NCBI GenBank assembly: GCA_964291675.2
Contig: OZ219866.1
Span: 320,001 to 384,000, forward strand
Origin: Alphaproteobacteria bacterium
GTDB lineage: Bacteria > Pseudomonadota > Alphaproteobacteria > MPNO01
Direction of reading: 5' to 3'
DNA: 64,000 nt
The notes under the pieces were generated by a model. It saw only the letters and a list, made by a program, of their open reading frames with translations, made no database searches and was not told the DNA's origin. Below, one piece after another: positions 1 through 8,420 of this stretch. Position 1 is the stretch's first letter; each line of letters starts with the position of its first letter. The translations under genes were made by a program, and so were the position numbers.

Positions 1-1
1 G

Positions 2-454
2 ATCGAGCGCGCCGGGCTCCAGCCCATCCTCGACTATATCCGCATCGACCGGCCGCAGCCGGACTGGGCGAGCGCGGTGCGGACGATCCGCACGCTCCTG
101 CCCGACCTCGCCTACCAGGACGAGGCGATGTTCGAGGCGATGGCGCGCAACACCTGGCGCGAGGGCGAGGACGGCAAGCTGCATTTCGACTGGGACGTGA
201 ACATCGTCAGGCCGGCGCTCGCCGATGGCGGCGCGACCGCCGATCTGTGGCCCCTGTTCCGCGGGCTGCGCCGGGTGCCGCTGCTCGCCTTCCGCGGCGA
301 GGGCTCGACCCTACTCACCGCCGACTGCTTCGCCCGGATGGGCCGCGAACGGCCCGACGCCCGCATGGTCACCGTGCCGCGGACCGGCCACGCGCCGACG
401 CTCGGCGAGCCCGAATGCACGGCCGCGCTCGACGCCTTCCTGCGCGAGATCTGA
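2..454 (+). CDS. alpha/beta hydrolase, C-terminal part (5' end outside the window)
   Basis: Frame is open from the window start; C-terminal 'PLLAFRGEGSTLL...VPRTGHAPTL' is typical of the alpha/beta hydrolase His loop. Confidence 0.8.
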   Translation: MERAGLQPILDYIRIDRPQPDWASAVRTIRTLLPDLAYQDEAMFEAMARNTWREGEDGKLHFDWDVNIVRPALADGGATADLWPLFRGLRRVPLLAFRGEGSTLLTADCFARMGRERPDARMVTVPRTGHAPTLGEPECTAALDAFLREI

Positions 455-529
455 GCCGCCGTCTGGCGCGGCGACGCGCCGGCCACTATAACTGTCGCCT
501 TCTTGTCCCATGCGAGGGAGGATCCGGGG

Positions 530-895
530 GTGGCGGAGATTTACGTCGGCAAGCAAGAGGAATTCGGCGAGCGCGATCGCAAGATCGTCGCCCAGGGCGA
601 TCTCGAGATCGGGATCTTCTTCGTGGGCGGCGAGTTCTACGCCTATGAGAACAACTGCGTGCACCAGGGCGGCCCGGTGTGCCAGGGCAAGATCCTCGGC
701 AAGGTCGAGGAGGTCCTCGGCGAGGACAAGACCTCGAAGGGGCTGCGCTTCTCCGAGACCGACATCCACATCGTCTGCCCCTGGCACGGCTACGAGTACA
801 ACATCAGGACCGGCCGCCACCCGGGCGACCGCAATGTCAGGCTGAGGCCCTACGAGGTGAAGGTGGCCGACGGAGAGGTCTATGTCGTCGTCTGA
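530..895 (+). CDS. Rieske [2Fe-2S] ferredoxin
   Basis: CVHQG...CPWHG Rieske motifs; GTG start at 530 after GGAGG. Confidence 0.92.
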   Translation: MAEIYVGKQEEFGERDRKIVAQGDLEIGIFFVGGEFYAYENNCVHQGGPVCQGKILGKVEEVLGEDKTSKGLRFSETDIHIVCPWHGYEYNIRTGRHPGDRNVRLRPYEVKVADGEVYVVV

Positions 896-1214
896 CGACG
901 GCCGCGCGCCCGATTTGGACGCGCTCGCGGAGGCGACCGAGACGGCGCTCGCGATCGCCGAGAAGGCGCTCGACGACGGCGCGACCGAGGTGGTCCCGGA
1001 CGAGATGGTGCAGCGCCTGCTGACCGCCGGCGTCCGTCTGTTCGCCAACAAGGTGGAGATGGAGGACCGGGTGTTCCTCCCGTTCGTGACCGCGGAATCG
1101 GCGACCGCGACCGACGTCGTGGTTACCGTGACCGAGATGCTGCACGCCGCCAACCTCAACACCTTCGACCTCGCGATGTGGTTCCGCCGCCCGCGCCCGG
1201 GCGCGGACGACTGA
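882..1214 (+). CDS. small hypothetical protein coupled to the Rieske and amidohydrolase genes
   Basis: Overlaps the Rieske stop; acidic and helical-looking; normal GC3 codon usage. Confidence 0.75.
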   Translation: MSSSDDGRAPDLDALAEATETALAIAEKALDDGATEVVPDEMVQRLLTAGVRLFANKVEMEDRVFLPFVTAESATATDVVVTVTEMLHAANLNTFDLAMWFRRPRPGADD

Positions 1215-1228
1215 AGGAGCGCAAGACG

Positions 1229-2425
1229 ATGGACACAGGACTGGAGCCGCTCAGGGAGAACCCGGTCAGGCAGATCGACGTCGCCACCGACACGCGCGAG
1301 ATCCTGGCCCGCGCCCGGCGCCAGGCGGATGAGCGCAATTTCGACGACGTATTCATCGTCGACATGGACTCGCACCACACCGAGAGCGAGTCCTGGGCCG
1401 ACATCATCGCCTATCTCGACGACGAGGTGATCCGCTCCCAGGCGCTCGACTATCTGAAGAACCGCACCGGGACGCCGCCCTACGGGCTCAACGGCGACCT
1501 CGCGATGCGCTACCAGGATTGCGGCGGGCGCATCCCGCACCAGGCGGCGCGGCGCGAAGCGGCGGACGGCAACGGGCTCCACCGCGACGTGGTGCTGGCG
1601 AGACGCGCCTATGAGTCGATGTCGATCGACCGGCAGATCGTCTTCCCGACGCCGATGCTGTTCCTCGGCATGCACCCGCAATTCGACATGGAGCCGCTGC
1701 TCGGCAACGCCTACAACCGTTGGACCGTCGACACCCTGCTGGCCCAGGACGACAAGCTCAAGTCGATGGCCTTCCTGCCGTTCAACGATGCCGACGAGTC
1801 GAGGAGTTCGGTCGAGTTCGGCGCCGGGCGTGGTGGGCTTCATGGTCACCTCGGTGCGCAACAGGCCGGTGCATCACAACCGGTACATGAAGATCTACCG
1901 CGCGCTCGAGGAGCGCGGCCTGCCGCTCGGCTTCCACGCCGGGTATTACTGGCAGGACCCCTCGATGATGCAGATCAACCGCTTCGGCTCGATGCACGCG
2001 CTGTCCTTCGTCTGGTGCAACGTGGTCCACATGACCAACTGGGTGATGAACGGCCTGCCCGAGCGCTTCCCCGATCTCCCCGTGGTGTGGATCGAGAGCG
2101 GGCTCGCCTGGGTGCCGTGGCTGATGCAGCGCCTCGACCACACCTACATGATGCGCACCTCGGAGGCGCCGCTCTTGAGGCGCAAGCCGAGCGCCTACAT
2201 GGCCGAGATGTACTACACCTCGCAGCCGCTCGAGACCGACAACCTGAAGGCGCTGGAGCTCACCTTCGAGATGACCCGGGCGCGGACCCGCTCTATGCGT
2301 CGGACTGGCCGCACTGGGACTTCGACCCGCCGGCGGTGATCTGGGACCTCCCCTTCCTCGACGACGAGGCGCGCAAGAACATCCTCGGCCTCAACGCCCG
2401 GCGCATCTTCGATTTGGAGAAGTAG
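1229..2425 (+). CDS. amidohydrolase (Amidohydro_2) family protein with two compensating frameshifts (about 1823 and 2289)
   Basis: DMDSHH in the first frame; FHAG and WIESG in the alternative frame (ORF 1611..2339); YASDWPHWD...NARRIF back in the first frame. Confidence 0.8.
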   Translation: MDTGLEPLRENPVRQIDVATDTREILARARRQADERNFDDVFIVDMDSHHTESESWADIIAYLDDEVIRSQALDYLKNRTGTPPYGLNGDLAMRYQDCGGRIPHQAARREAADGNGLHRDVVLARRAYESMSIDRQIVFPTPMLFLGMHPQFDMEPLLGNAYNRWTVDTLLAQDDKLKSMAFLPFNDADESRSSVEFGAGRGGLHGHLGAQQAGASQPVHEDLPRARGARPAARLPRRVLLAGPLDDADQPLRLDARAVLRLVQRGPHDQLGDERPARALPRSPRGVDRERARLGAVADAAPRPHLHDAHLGGAALEAQAERLHGRDVLHLAAARDRQPEGAGAHLRDDPGADPLYASDWPHWDFDPPAVIWDLPFLDDEARKNILGLNARRIFDLEK

Positions 2426-2439
2426 TCCCCGGGGACGCC

Positions 2440-2514
2440 CTACCGCCAGTCTTCGATCGCGAAGATGCCGGGCCGGCCGTAGCCCTCGCCTTCCGGGCGG
2501 AGCATGGCGACGGC
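2440..2514 (-). repeat. displaced duplicate of the GNAT gene 3' end (direct repeat with 4731..4805)
   Basis: 72/75 identity to 4731..4805; reads AVAMLRPEGEGYGRPGIFAIEDWR* on the minus strand. Confidence 0.95.
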
Positions 2515-2561
2515 TCTAATGCAGTCAGCGGGGAGGGTCGCGGAAGGCCGGGACTACCGGC

Positions 2562-3479
2562 TCAATCGGACGACACGATATCGCCGATCTCCCGAAACTT
2601 CTCGCGCAGACGCTCCTGCGCCTCGGTTGACGGGACCGTAGGCACGATCCTTCTCTCAAGGATGTCGAGACCGCGCTGCACATCCTCCGTGCCTTGACTC
2701 TCCGTGAACAAGGCGAGGAACTTTTGCCAAGCCCATAGCGGGATGCCGGACAGTGTGTCTTCGAAAAGCTCCTGGATATAGCCGTCCATCTCCCTTGTCC
2801 GGGCGAACCGTCCGAAGTTGCCGCTGCTGTCGCTCGCAGGCCGGTCGGCAATCATGTCGCTCTTGCTCGGATAATACGTGTTCACTGCGGACAGGGTGAT
2901 GTCCTTGTTGCCGTGCCCCACGCGCGCGTGCTTCCAGTACCAGTTGCGGATTTCGGCCGCCTGTCGCGCCCCGATCACGTAAGGAGAGAACACCTTGGGC
3001 GAGCCGGAAATGACGTTGGACAACACCCACGGCACCACGACCAGGAGGTCCGCGGGCGCGCAGACGGCGGGGGTGACCTTGTAGCGGAAGCTGGGCTCCC
3101 TCTCCTTCGCGAGCACGTACCAACCCTTGAGCTCGATTCCCATGAGTACTTTCTGTTCAACGTCCGGAGCGGACGTCCGCAGCACCACATCCGGGAATGT
3201 CTGGGGCTGGCGCTCGAAGCTGTAGAGCGAATATTTCTGGCCCGCGTCCCATACCGCGCGCAGCAAGTTCAGAGAGGCGATGACTTGTTCTTCGATCGTC
3301 GCGGCCAGCGAGGAATTGAAGGCGAACAGGTCCGTGGAGAGCACTCCGGAGATCGCCAACTCCGACTCGAATCGGGTCGGCAAGGTGAAGATGGCCCTCT
3401 TCACCGCCTTCCAGAGTTCAATGTGTTCCCAGGCGGGATCAGGCTCTGTTGGGCCGGGGCGACCGGGTGTTTCGTTCAA
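2562..3479 (-). CDS. putative type II restriction endonuclease (PD-(D/E)xK)
   Basis: 'FPDVVL...GIELKGW' motif; overlaps the end of the MTase; start uncertain (TTG at 3479). Confidence 0.7.
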   Translation of the reverse strand: MNETPGRPGPTEPDPAWEHIELWKAVKRAIFTLPTRFESELAISGVLSTDLFAFNSSLAATIEEQVIASLNLLRAVWDAGQKYSLYSFERQPQTFPDVVLRTSAPDVEQKVLMGIELKGWYVLAKEREPSFRYKVTPAVCAPADLLVVVPWVLSNVISGSPKVFSPYVIGARQAAEIRNWYWKHARVGHGNKDITLSAVNTYYPSKSDMIADRPASDSSGNFGRFARTREMDGYIQELFEDTLSGIPLWAWQKFLALFTESQGTEDVQRGLDILERRIVPTVPSTEAQERLREKFREIGDIVSSD

Positions 3480-4527
3480 TATCCATTGACTCCTGTTCAA
3501 GCCGATCCACAGCCGCCGAATAGAACGCGGGAATGACCTCGGCTGCGAAGCCGTGTCTGTCCGAACGGAGCGCACTGACCGCGGCGGAGCAGAGCCCCCC
3601 GAACGGCTCCCACACGACATCGCCCGGGTCGGTCGACGCTTCGACGATACGTTCGAGCAGGCGCACCGGTTTCTGGTTCATGTGAAGCGTCTTGAGATCG
3701 TCCGTCTTGACCCGTTCCGGGCCGCGCACTGCGGGCTCCGACCAGACATTGGTGACGCCGTGGCTATGGTTCCACTTCGCGCGCATTCTTTCCCATTGCT
3801 GAGCCGTCAGCGGAGTCTTGCCGTCAAGAGAGAAATAAGGCCGGTCCGTCTGCCGACCTTGCTTTGTCGCGTAGGCCGCGAGCGCGACCATCTTGTCGGC
3901 CGGGGGGAAGTACCAGAGGTGGCACTGCGTGAAATACTTCCGGGTCGCCGCGTCGACGACGCCGCAGGCCTCGTTGGTCTTGTTGAGCGGGAGGCCGCTT
4001 CGCCGCCATTCGTGGCGCAGCCACTCCTTCAAGGAGAGCCGTTGGCCATCCTCGGTTGCCAGCTTCACGTCGCGCACGTAGCGGACGCAGATTTCGGTCA
4101 CGACCGGGAATCCCCGGATCGTGTTGCCGTTGCAGTTGCCGGCGACATGCCCCACACCCTTGTCCCAGACGTGGGCCGCCTTGTACCGCCAGCCGTGCAG
4201 CTTCAGCACCGGGTGAACCTCGGCCCAGCCGACCTCCGAGCACCAGAACCACAGCGTCGTCTCGGGCAAAGCGAGACGCGCCCATTCCGCGACATGCGGC
4301 GCATACCAGTCGCCGAGCCCGTCCGCCGTGTCGGGATCGCCCGGAAACTTTCCGAGGCCGTACGGACCGTCTGCAACAATGGCTGTCGGCGGCGGCCACC
4401 TCTCGTAGCACGCCAGCGCATCCTCCAAGGTCAGAGAGACGCTGGCGTCGTCATCTCCGAAGATCGCTGGCGATCTGGGCGCCGTCTCAAGCTTGACGAC
4501 CTTGGGCATTCCTACATCTTGTAGCAT
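3439..4527 (-). CDS. N4/N6 amino DNA methyltransferase, beta class
   Basis: DGPY (motif IV-like) near the N-terminus, then 'HMNQKP' and 'EPFGGLCS' (motif I) near the C-terminus. Confidence 0.9.
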   Translation of the reverse strand: MLQDVGMPKVVKLETAPRSPAIFGDDDASVSLTLEDALACYERWPPPTAIVADGPYGLGKFPGDPDTADGLGDWYAPHVAEWARLALPETTLWFWCSEVGWAEVHPVLKLHGWRYKAAHVWDKGVGHVAGNCNGNTIRGFPVVTEICVRYVRDVKLATEDGQRLSLKEWLRHEWRRSGLPLNKTNEACGVVDAATRKYFTQCHLWYFPPADKMVALAAYATKQGRQTDRPYFSLDGKTPLTAQQWERMRAKWNHSHGVTNVWSEPAVRGPERVKTDDLKTLHMNQKPVRLLERIVEASTDPGDVVWEPFGGLCSAAVSALRSDRHGFAAEVIPAFYSAAVDRLEQESMDIERNTRSPRPNRA

Positions 4528-4730
4528 TACACTGCTCCATACCCATCATGTGGGCATTCAACGAAATAGGCAACTAGCCATGATAAGAACATACAGCGAA
4601 CATTTCTCTTCGCTCAAGGAGAAATATCGCCCACCCGCGCGTCGCAGATCGTGGCATGGACAGGCGGGGCAGTGCAGAACATCGATGGAAGTCGAGCTGC
4701 GGTCTGAGCGCAAGCCCGTCGCCCCTCCCC

Positions 4731-5660
4731 CTATCGCCAGTCGTCGATCGCGAAGATGCCGGGGCGGCCGTAGCCCTCGCCTTCCGGGCGGAGCATGGCG
4801 ACGGCGTTCATGAAGCTCCGGTAGCCGCGCTCGCGGAGCGCGCGGTAGGCCTCGCGGCGACCGGTGTTGGTGCCGGCGGCGATGGCCTCGGCGCCGCGGC
4901 GTGCGGCGAGCGCCTCGCAGGCGGCGAGCAGCAAGGCGAAATCCGCCGCCGCACCCGGGCCGGGCCTCACCGCCGCCGCCTTGACGAAGAGCAGCGCCGA
5001 ATTGCCCTCGCTGCCGGCGCCGTGATGGCAGACCGCGTAGCCCGCGAGCCCCGCCCCGCCGGCACGGTCGAGCAGCACCGTTGCGCCGAGACCGTGGCGC
5101 AGCACCGCGGCGATCTCGCGGCCGTGGTCGAGCCCGGGATAGACCGCGTCCGCCACCTCCCGGCAGGCCTCGGCGCCGGCGGGATCGGCGAGCAGCCGGG
5201 CGCGGGCAGGCATCGGCGTCGGGGACACGTCGCGGCGCAGCACCGCGATCGGGCGATGCAGCTCGAAGCCGAAGGATTCGTAGAGCCTGACATGGCGCAC
5301 GGATTGCTGGTGGGTCAGCAGCCCGACGAAGTCGTGGCCGCGCGCATCCAACACCTCCAGCAGCGCCCCGGTGAGCCTGCGTCCGATCCCCTCGCTCCAA
5401 CGCCCGGGGTGGACGGTGAGCGGGCCGAGCAGGCCGACGCTGCCCCAGTTCGACACCAGCCCCGAGGCGACGATCCCGTCGCCTTCCTCGGCGACCAGCA
5501 CGCCGCCGGGGTCGGCGAGAAAGCGCGGGCGCACCAGCGCCCCGTCGCCGCGGAACGACAGCGGGTCGGCGAGGCCGAAGAAGGTGCCGAAGGCGAGCCG
5601 GCAGACGCGCTCGGCCGCCTCGATGTCGGAATCGGCGAGCGGCCTTACGGTAACCGTCAT
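4731..5660 (-). CDS. GNAT family N-acetyltransferase
   Basis: 'LTVHPGRWSEGIGRRL' acetyl-CoA motif and 'LYESFGF'; ATGA overlap with the FAH gene. Confidence 0.85.
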   Translation of the reverse strand: MTVTVRPLADSDIEAAERVCRLAFGTFFGLADPLSFRGDGALVRPRFLADPGGVLVAEEGDGIVASGLVSNWGSVGLLGPLTVHPGRWSEGIGRRLTGALLEVLDARGHDFVGLLTHQQSVRHVRLYESFGFELHRPIAVLRRDVSPTPMPARARLLADPAGAEACREVADAVYPGLDHGREIAAVLRHGLGATVLLDRAGGAGLAGYAVCHHGAGSEGNSALLFVKAAAVRPGPGAAADFALLLAACEALAARRGAEAIAAGTNTGRREAYRALRERGYRSFMNAVAMLRPEGEGYGRPGIFAIDDWR

Positions 5661-6514
5661 CCGGCGGCCCGGACCGCGACCTCCATCGCGCCGATTCCCT
5701 CGATCTCGCAGCGCATCGTATCGCCCGGCACGACCGGGCCGACGCCCTCCGGCGTCCCGGTCATGATCACGTCGCCGGGGTAGAGCGTGTAGTGGCGCGA
5801 GGCGTAGGCGATCAGCCGGCGGCAGCCAAAGATCTGGTTGGCGGTCGTCGAGTCCTGGCGCAGCTCGCCATTGACCCAGAGCCTGAGCTCCAGCGCGTCG
5901 GGGTCGGCGATCTCGTCGGCGGTGACCAGCCAGGGGCCGAGCACGGAATACGAGTCGATCGCCTTGCGCAGGCTGCGCTCCTCGCGCCCGCGCATCGTCA
6001 TGTCGAGCCCGATCGCATAGCCCGCGACGCAGCCGAGCGCGTCGGCCTCGGCGACGTCCCTGACCTCGCGGCCGATTATCATCGCGAGCTCGATTTCGTG
6101 GTCGTTGCGCCGGTCGGTGTAGCGCAGCGCCACCCCTTCCGACGGCCCGACCGGGACCGGGTTCTTGAGGAACAGCCCGTACTCGTCGATCGCGCTGGTC
6201 GTCGCGCCGAAGGTGATCCCGGGATCCTCGTTGGCCTCGTCGATATGGGCGCGGTAGTTGGCCGGCGCGCCGATCACCTTGGTCGGGTTGGCGACCGGGC
6301 TCAGCAGCGACACGCTCGCGTGTAGCTGCACGAAGCCCCATTTGCGGCGCGCATCGACCTCGGCGCGGACGGCATCGAGCGCGGCGACCAGCCGGTCGCC
6401 CGGCGGCAGCGGCCAGCGCCAATCGCCGGCGGCGGCGATTGCCTCGGTCACGTCGATCAGCTGCTCGCCGACGACGAGGCCGAGCTTCTGGTCGTTGTAG
6501 CGGCAGAGCTTCAT
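5657..6514 (-). CDS. fumarylacetoacetate hydrolase family protein
   Basis: DHEIELA, LDMT, RKAIDS..LGPW and GDVIMTGTPEGVG motifs. Confidence 0.93.
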   Translation of the reverse strand: MKLCRYNDQKLGLVVGEQLIDVTEAIAAAGDWRWPLPPGDRLVAALDAVRAEVDARRKWGFVQLHASVSLLSPVANPTKVIGAPANYRAHIDEANEDPGITFGATTSAIDEYGLFLKNPVPVGPSEGVALRYTDRRNDHEIELAMIIGREVRDVAEADALGCVAGYAIGLDMTMRGREERSLRKAIDSYSVLGPWLVTADEIADPDALELRLWVNGELRQDSTTANQIFGCRRLIAYASRHYTLYPGDVIMTGTPEGVGPVVPGDTMRCEIEGIGAMEVAVRAAG

Positions 6515-6523
6515 GGCAGCGCC

Positions 6524-7606
6524 TCAACCGGTGACGCGGAATTCCTCGCGCGCGCCGGACGCCCAGGCAAGGCCGTGACCCGGCGCGTCGCCCGGCGTCA
6601 TCGCGCCATTCTCGTCCATCCCGAGCGGGCTGTCGAACAGCGGCTCCAGCAGCGGAAAATCCTCCAGCCAGCGCACGTTCGGAGCCGCCGAGGCGAGGTG
6701 GACGAACAGCGCCGGCAGGAAATGCGGCGCCACCGAGACGTCGTGGTACTCGGCGATGCGCGCCGCCCGCAGGCATTCGCCGATCCCGCCCATCATCGCG
6801 AGGTCGGGCTGGAGCACCGCGCAGGCGCGCGACGCGAAATAGGGTTTTAGCTCCACCACGCCCTGCAAATGCTCGCCGGTGGCGATCGGGACGGGCGAGC
6901 GCGCGGCGAGCGCGGCATAGCCCTCCAGCGCGTCCGCCGGCAGCGGCTCCTCCAGCCAGAGCGCACCCACCTCGCCACATCGCTCGGCGAGCCAGAGCGC
7001 CCGCGCGAGGTCGCATCGCTCGTTGGCGTCGGCCATCAACTCGACCCCGGCGGGCAGGGCGTCGGCGACCGCGCGCATCCGCGCGACATCGGCGCGGTTG
7101 CCGGCGAGGCGGAGCTTTATCGCCTTGCAGCCGCGCGCGGCGTAGGCGAGCGCCTGCGCGACCGCCGCATCCGGTTCCTGGTCGGGGCGGAACCCGCCGG
7201 AGCCGTAGACCGGGACCGTCCGGGCGGTGCCGCCGAGCGCGGCGTAGAGCGGCAGCCCCAGGGCGCGCGCGTGCAGATCCCAGGCGGCGACGTCGATGGC
7301 GGCGATGGCGATATAGCCGATGCCGCGCCCGAGACGGTTGAGCGAGCCGGCGAGACGGCGCCACAGCGCGTCCGGCGACGCGCAGACCTCGCCGGCGACG
7401 AAGCGCGACAAGAGGTCGTCGGCGGCCGCCTCGACCGCCGCGCCGCCGCCGCCCAGCACGTAGCTGAAGCCGAGCCCGGTGTCGCCCGCGTCGTCCTCGA
7501 GCGAGACCGCGATCACGTCGACCTCGGCGATGCCCGACCCGCCGGTCGGCCCGGAGAGCGGGTAGCGCCAGAGCTCGGCCTCGGCCCGCGCGTAGCGCCG
7601 CGCCAC
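6524..7606 (-). CDS. mandelate racemase/muconate lactonizing enzyme family protein
   Basis: AIDVAAWDL, KxR, DAN, WLEEP, TGE, QPD and PH enolase-superfamily motifs; GTG start inferred. Confidence 0.9.
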   Translation of the reverse strand: MARRYARAEAELWRYPLSGPTGGSGIAEVDVIAVSLEDDAGDTGLGFSYVLGGGGAAVEAAADDLLSRFVAGEVCASPDALWRRLAGSLNRLGRGIGYIAIAAIDVAAWDLHARALGLPLYAALGGTARTVPVYGSGGFRPDQEPDAAVAQALAYAARGCKAIKLRLAGNRADVARMRAVADALPAGVELMADANERCDLARALWLAERCGEVGALWLEEPLPADALEGYAALAARSPVPIATGEHLQGVVELKPYFASRACAVLQPDLAMMGGIGECLRAARIAEYHDVSVAPHFLPALFVHLASAAPNVRWLEDFPLLEPLFDSPLGMDENGAMTPGDAPGHGLAWASGAREEFRVTG

Positions 7607-7610
7607 CGCC

Positions 7611-8036
7611 TCAGCCCTTCGTCCGCCCGATCGTGAGCCGCACCGGATCGCCGTCCTCGACGCCCAGCGCCTCGCGCAGGCCGATCTCGGCGACGATCTC
7701 GATCTGCGCCGGCGGGTAGCTCTCGACCTCGGGGTAGACGATCGCCGCCTCGATCCTGCCCTCGACCAGCACCCTGTAGCAGCGCGCGTCGCAGTCATGC
7801 GGCCCGTTGCCGGGGTTCTCCATGCGGATCCCGGGCGTCTGCCGCAGCCGCACCCAGACCGGCACCGCGTCCGGGTCGTCGACCACGACGTTGAGGGTGC
7901 CGGGAAAGGGATCGATGCCGAGCCGTTCGACGAACTGCGCGCGCGCCCAGGGGAGCTGCGTGAAGTGCCGGCCCTGGCCGATGCCGCTGGCCAGCCGCCC
8001 CAGGATTTCCTCGCCCGTTCCGGATCGCCCCATCAT
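7611..8036 (-). CDS. ribK: CTP-dependent (archaeal-type, DUF120) riboflavin kinase-like protein
   Basis: 'G.LASGIGQGRHF', 'LGIDPFPGTLNV' and 'IEIVA...LREALG..DGD.V' match the DUF120 signature. Confidence 0.8.
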   Translation of the reverse strand: MMGRSGTGEEILGRLASGIGQGRHFTQLPWARAQFVERLGIDPFPGTLNVVVDDPDAVPVWVRLRQTPGIRMENPGNGPHDCDARCYRVLVEGRIEAAIVYPEVESYPPAQIEIVAEIGLREALGVEDGDPVRLTIGRTKG

Positions 8037-8232
8037 CGCGGCGGTAATGACAGCCGACCGTCCCGGGGTCCAGCGAAATCGCCCGCGTCCTTCGATACGC
8101 CTCCAAGTCGTCATGCCTGGCTGCCGGAACGAATCCGGCGGTGTTCCGCTGCCGTCCGGTCTGGATTTTCGGCGCGGGCTCCACGGCATGAACGAGACCG
8201 TCTCCGTTCCCCCTCTTATCGGCCCTGTACCC

Positions 8233-8341
8233 TCGTCATGCCCCCCCAATCGTCATGCCCGGACTTGATCCGGGCACCCATGCAGCCTCTCGGCGCGCAC
8301 GGCGGCCGGGCGGGAAAGGTGTTGGCGGCAGTGGGTGCCCG
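8233..8341. repeat. REP-like palindromic repeat, left part (interrupted by the IS)
   Basis: GTCATGCCCGGACTTGATCCGGGCACCCA; similar to the intact copy at 14368..14538. Confidence 0.85.
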
Positions 8342-8420
8342 ATGGAGTGGACGCCCCCTCCGACGGCATCTGTGTGCCAAAGTGGCGGTGTCATCAACCC
8401 ACTTGGAGGAGGGAGCATCC

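Larger units (their letters stand above)
2515..4805. mobile_element. restriction-modification cassette inserted with a long target duplication
   Basis: Lower-GC segment between 75-bp direct repeats; contains only an MTase and an REase. Confidence 0.8.

Noticed and set aside
1800-2295. Programmed ribosomal frameshifting in the amidohydrolase
   Set aside because: No slippery heptamer, and residues appear to be missing at both junctions, which fits deletions or sequence error
4731-7364. 877-aa ORF suggesting a large GNAT fusion
   Set aside because: Only 4731..5660 is GNAT; the upstream part overlaps the FAH and enolase-family genes in another frame
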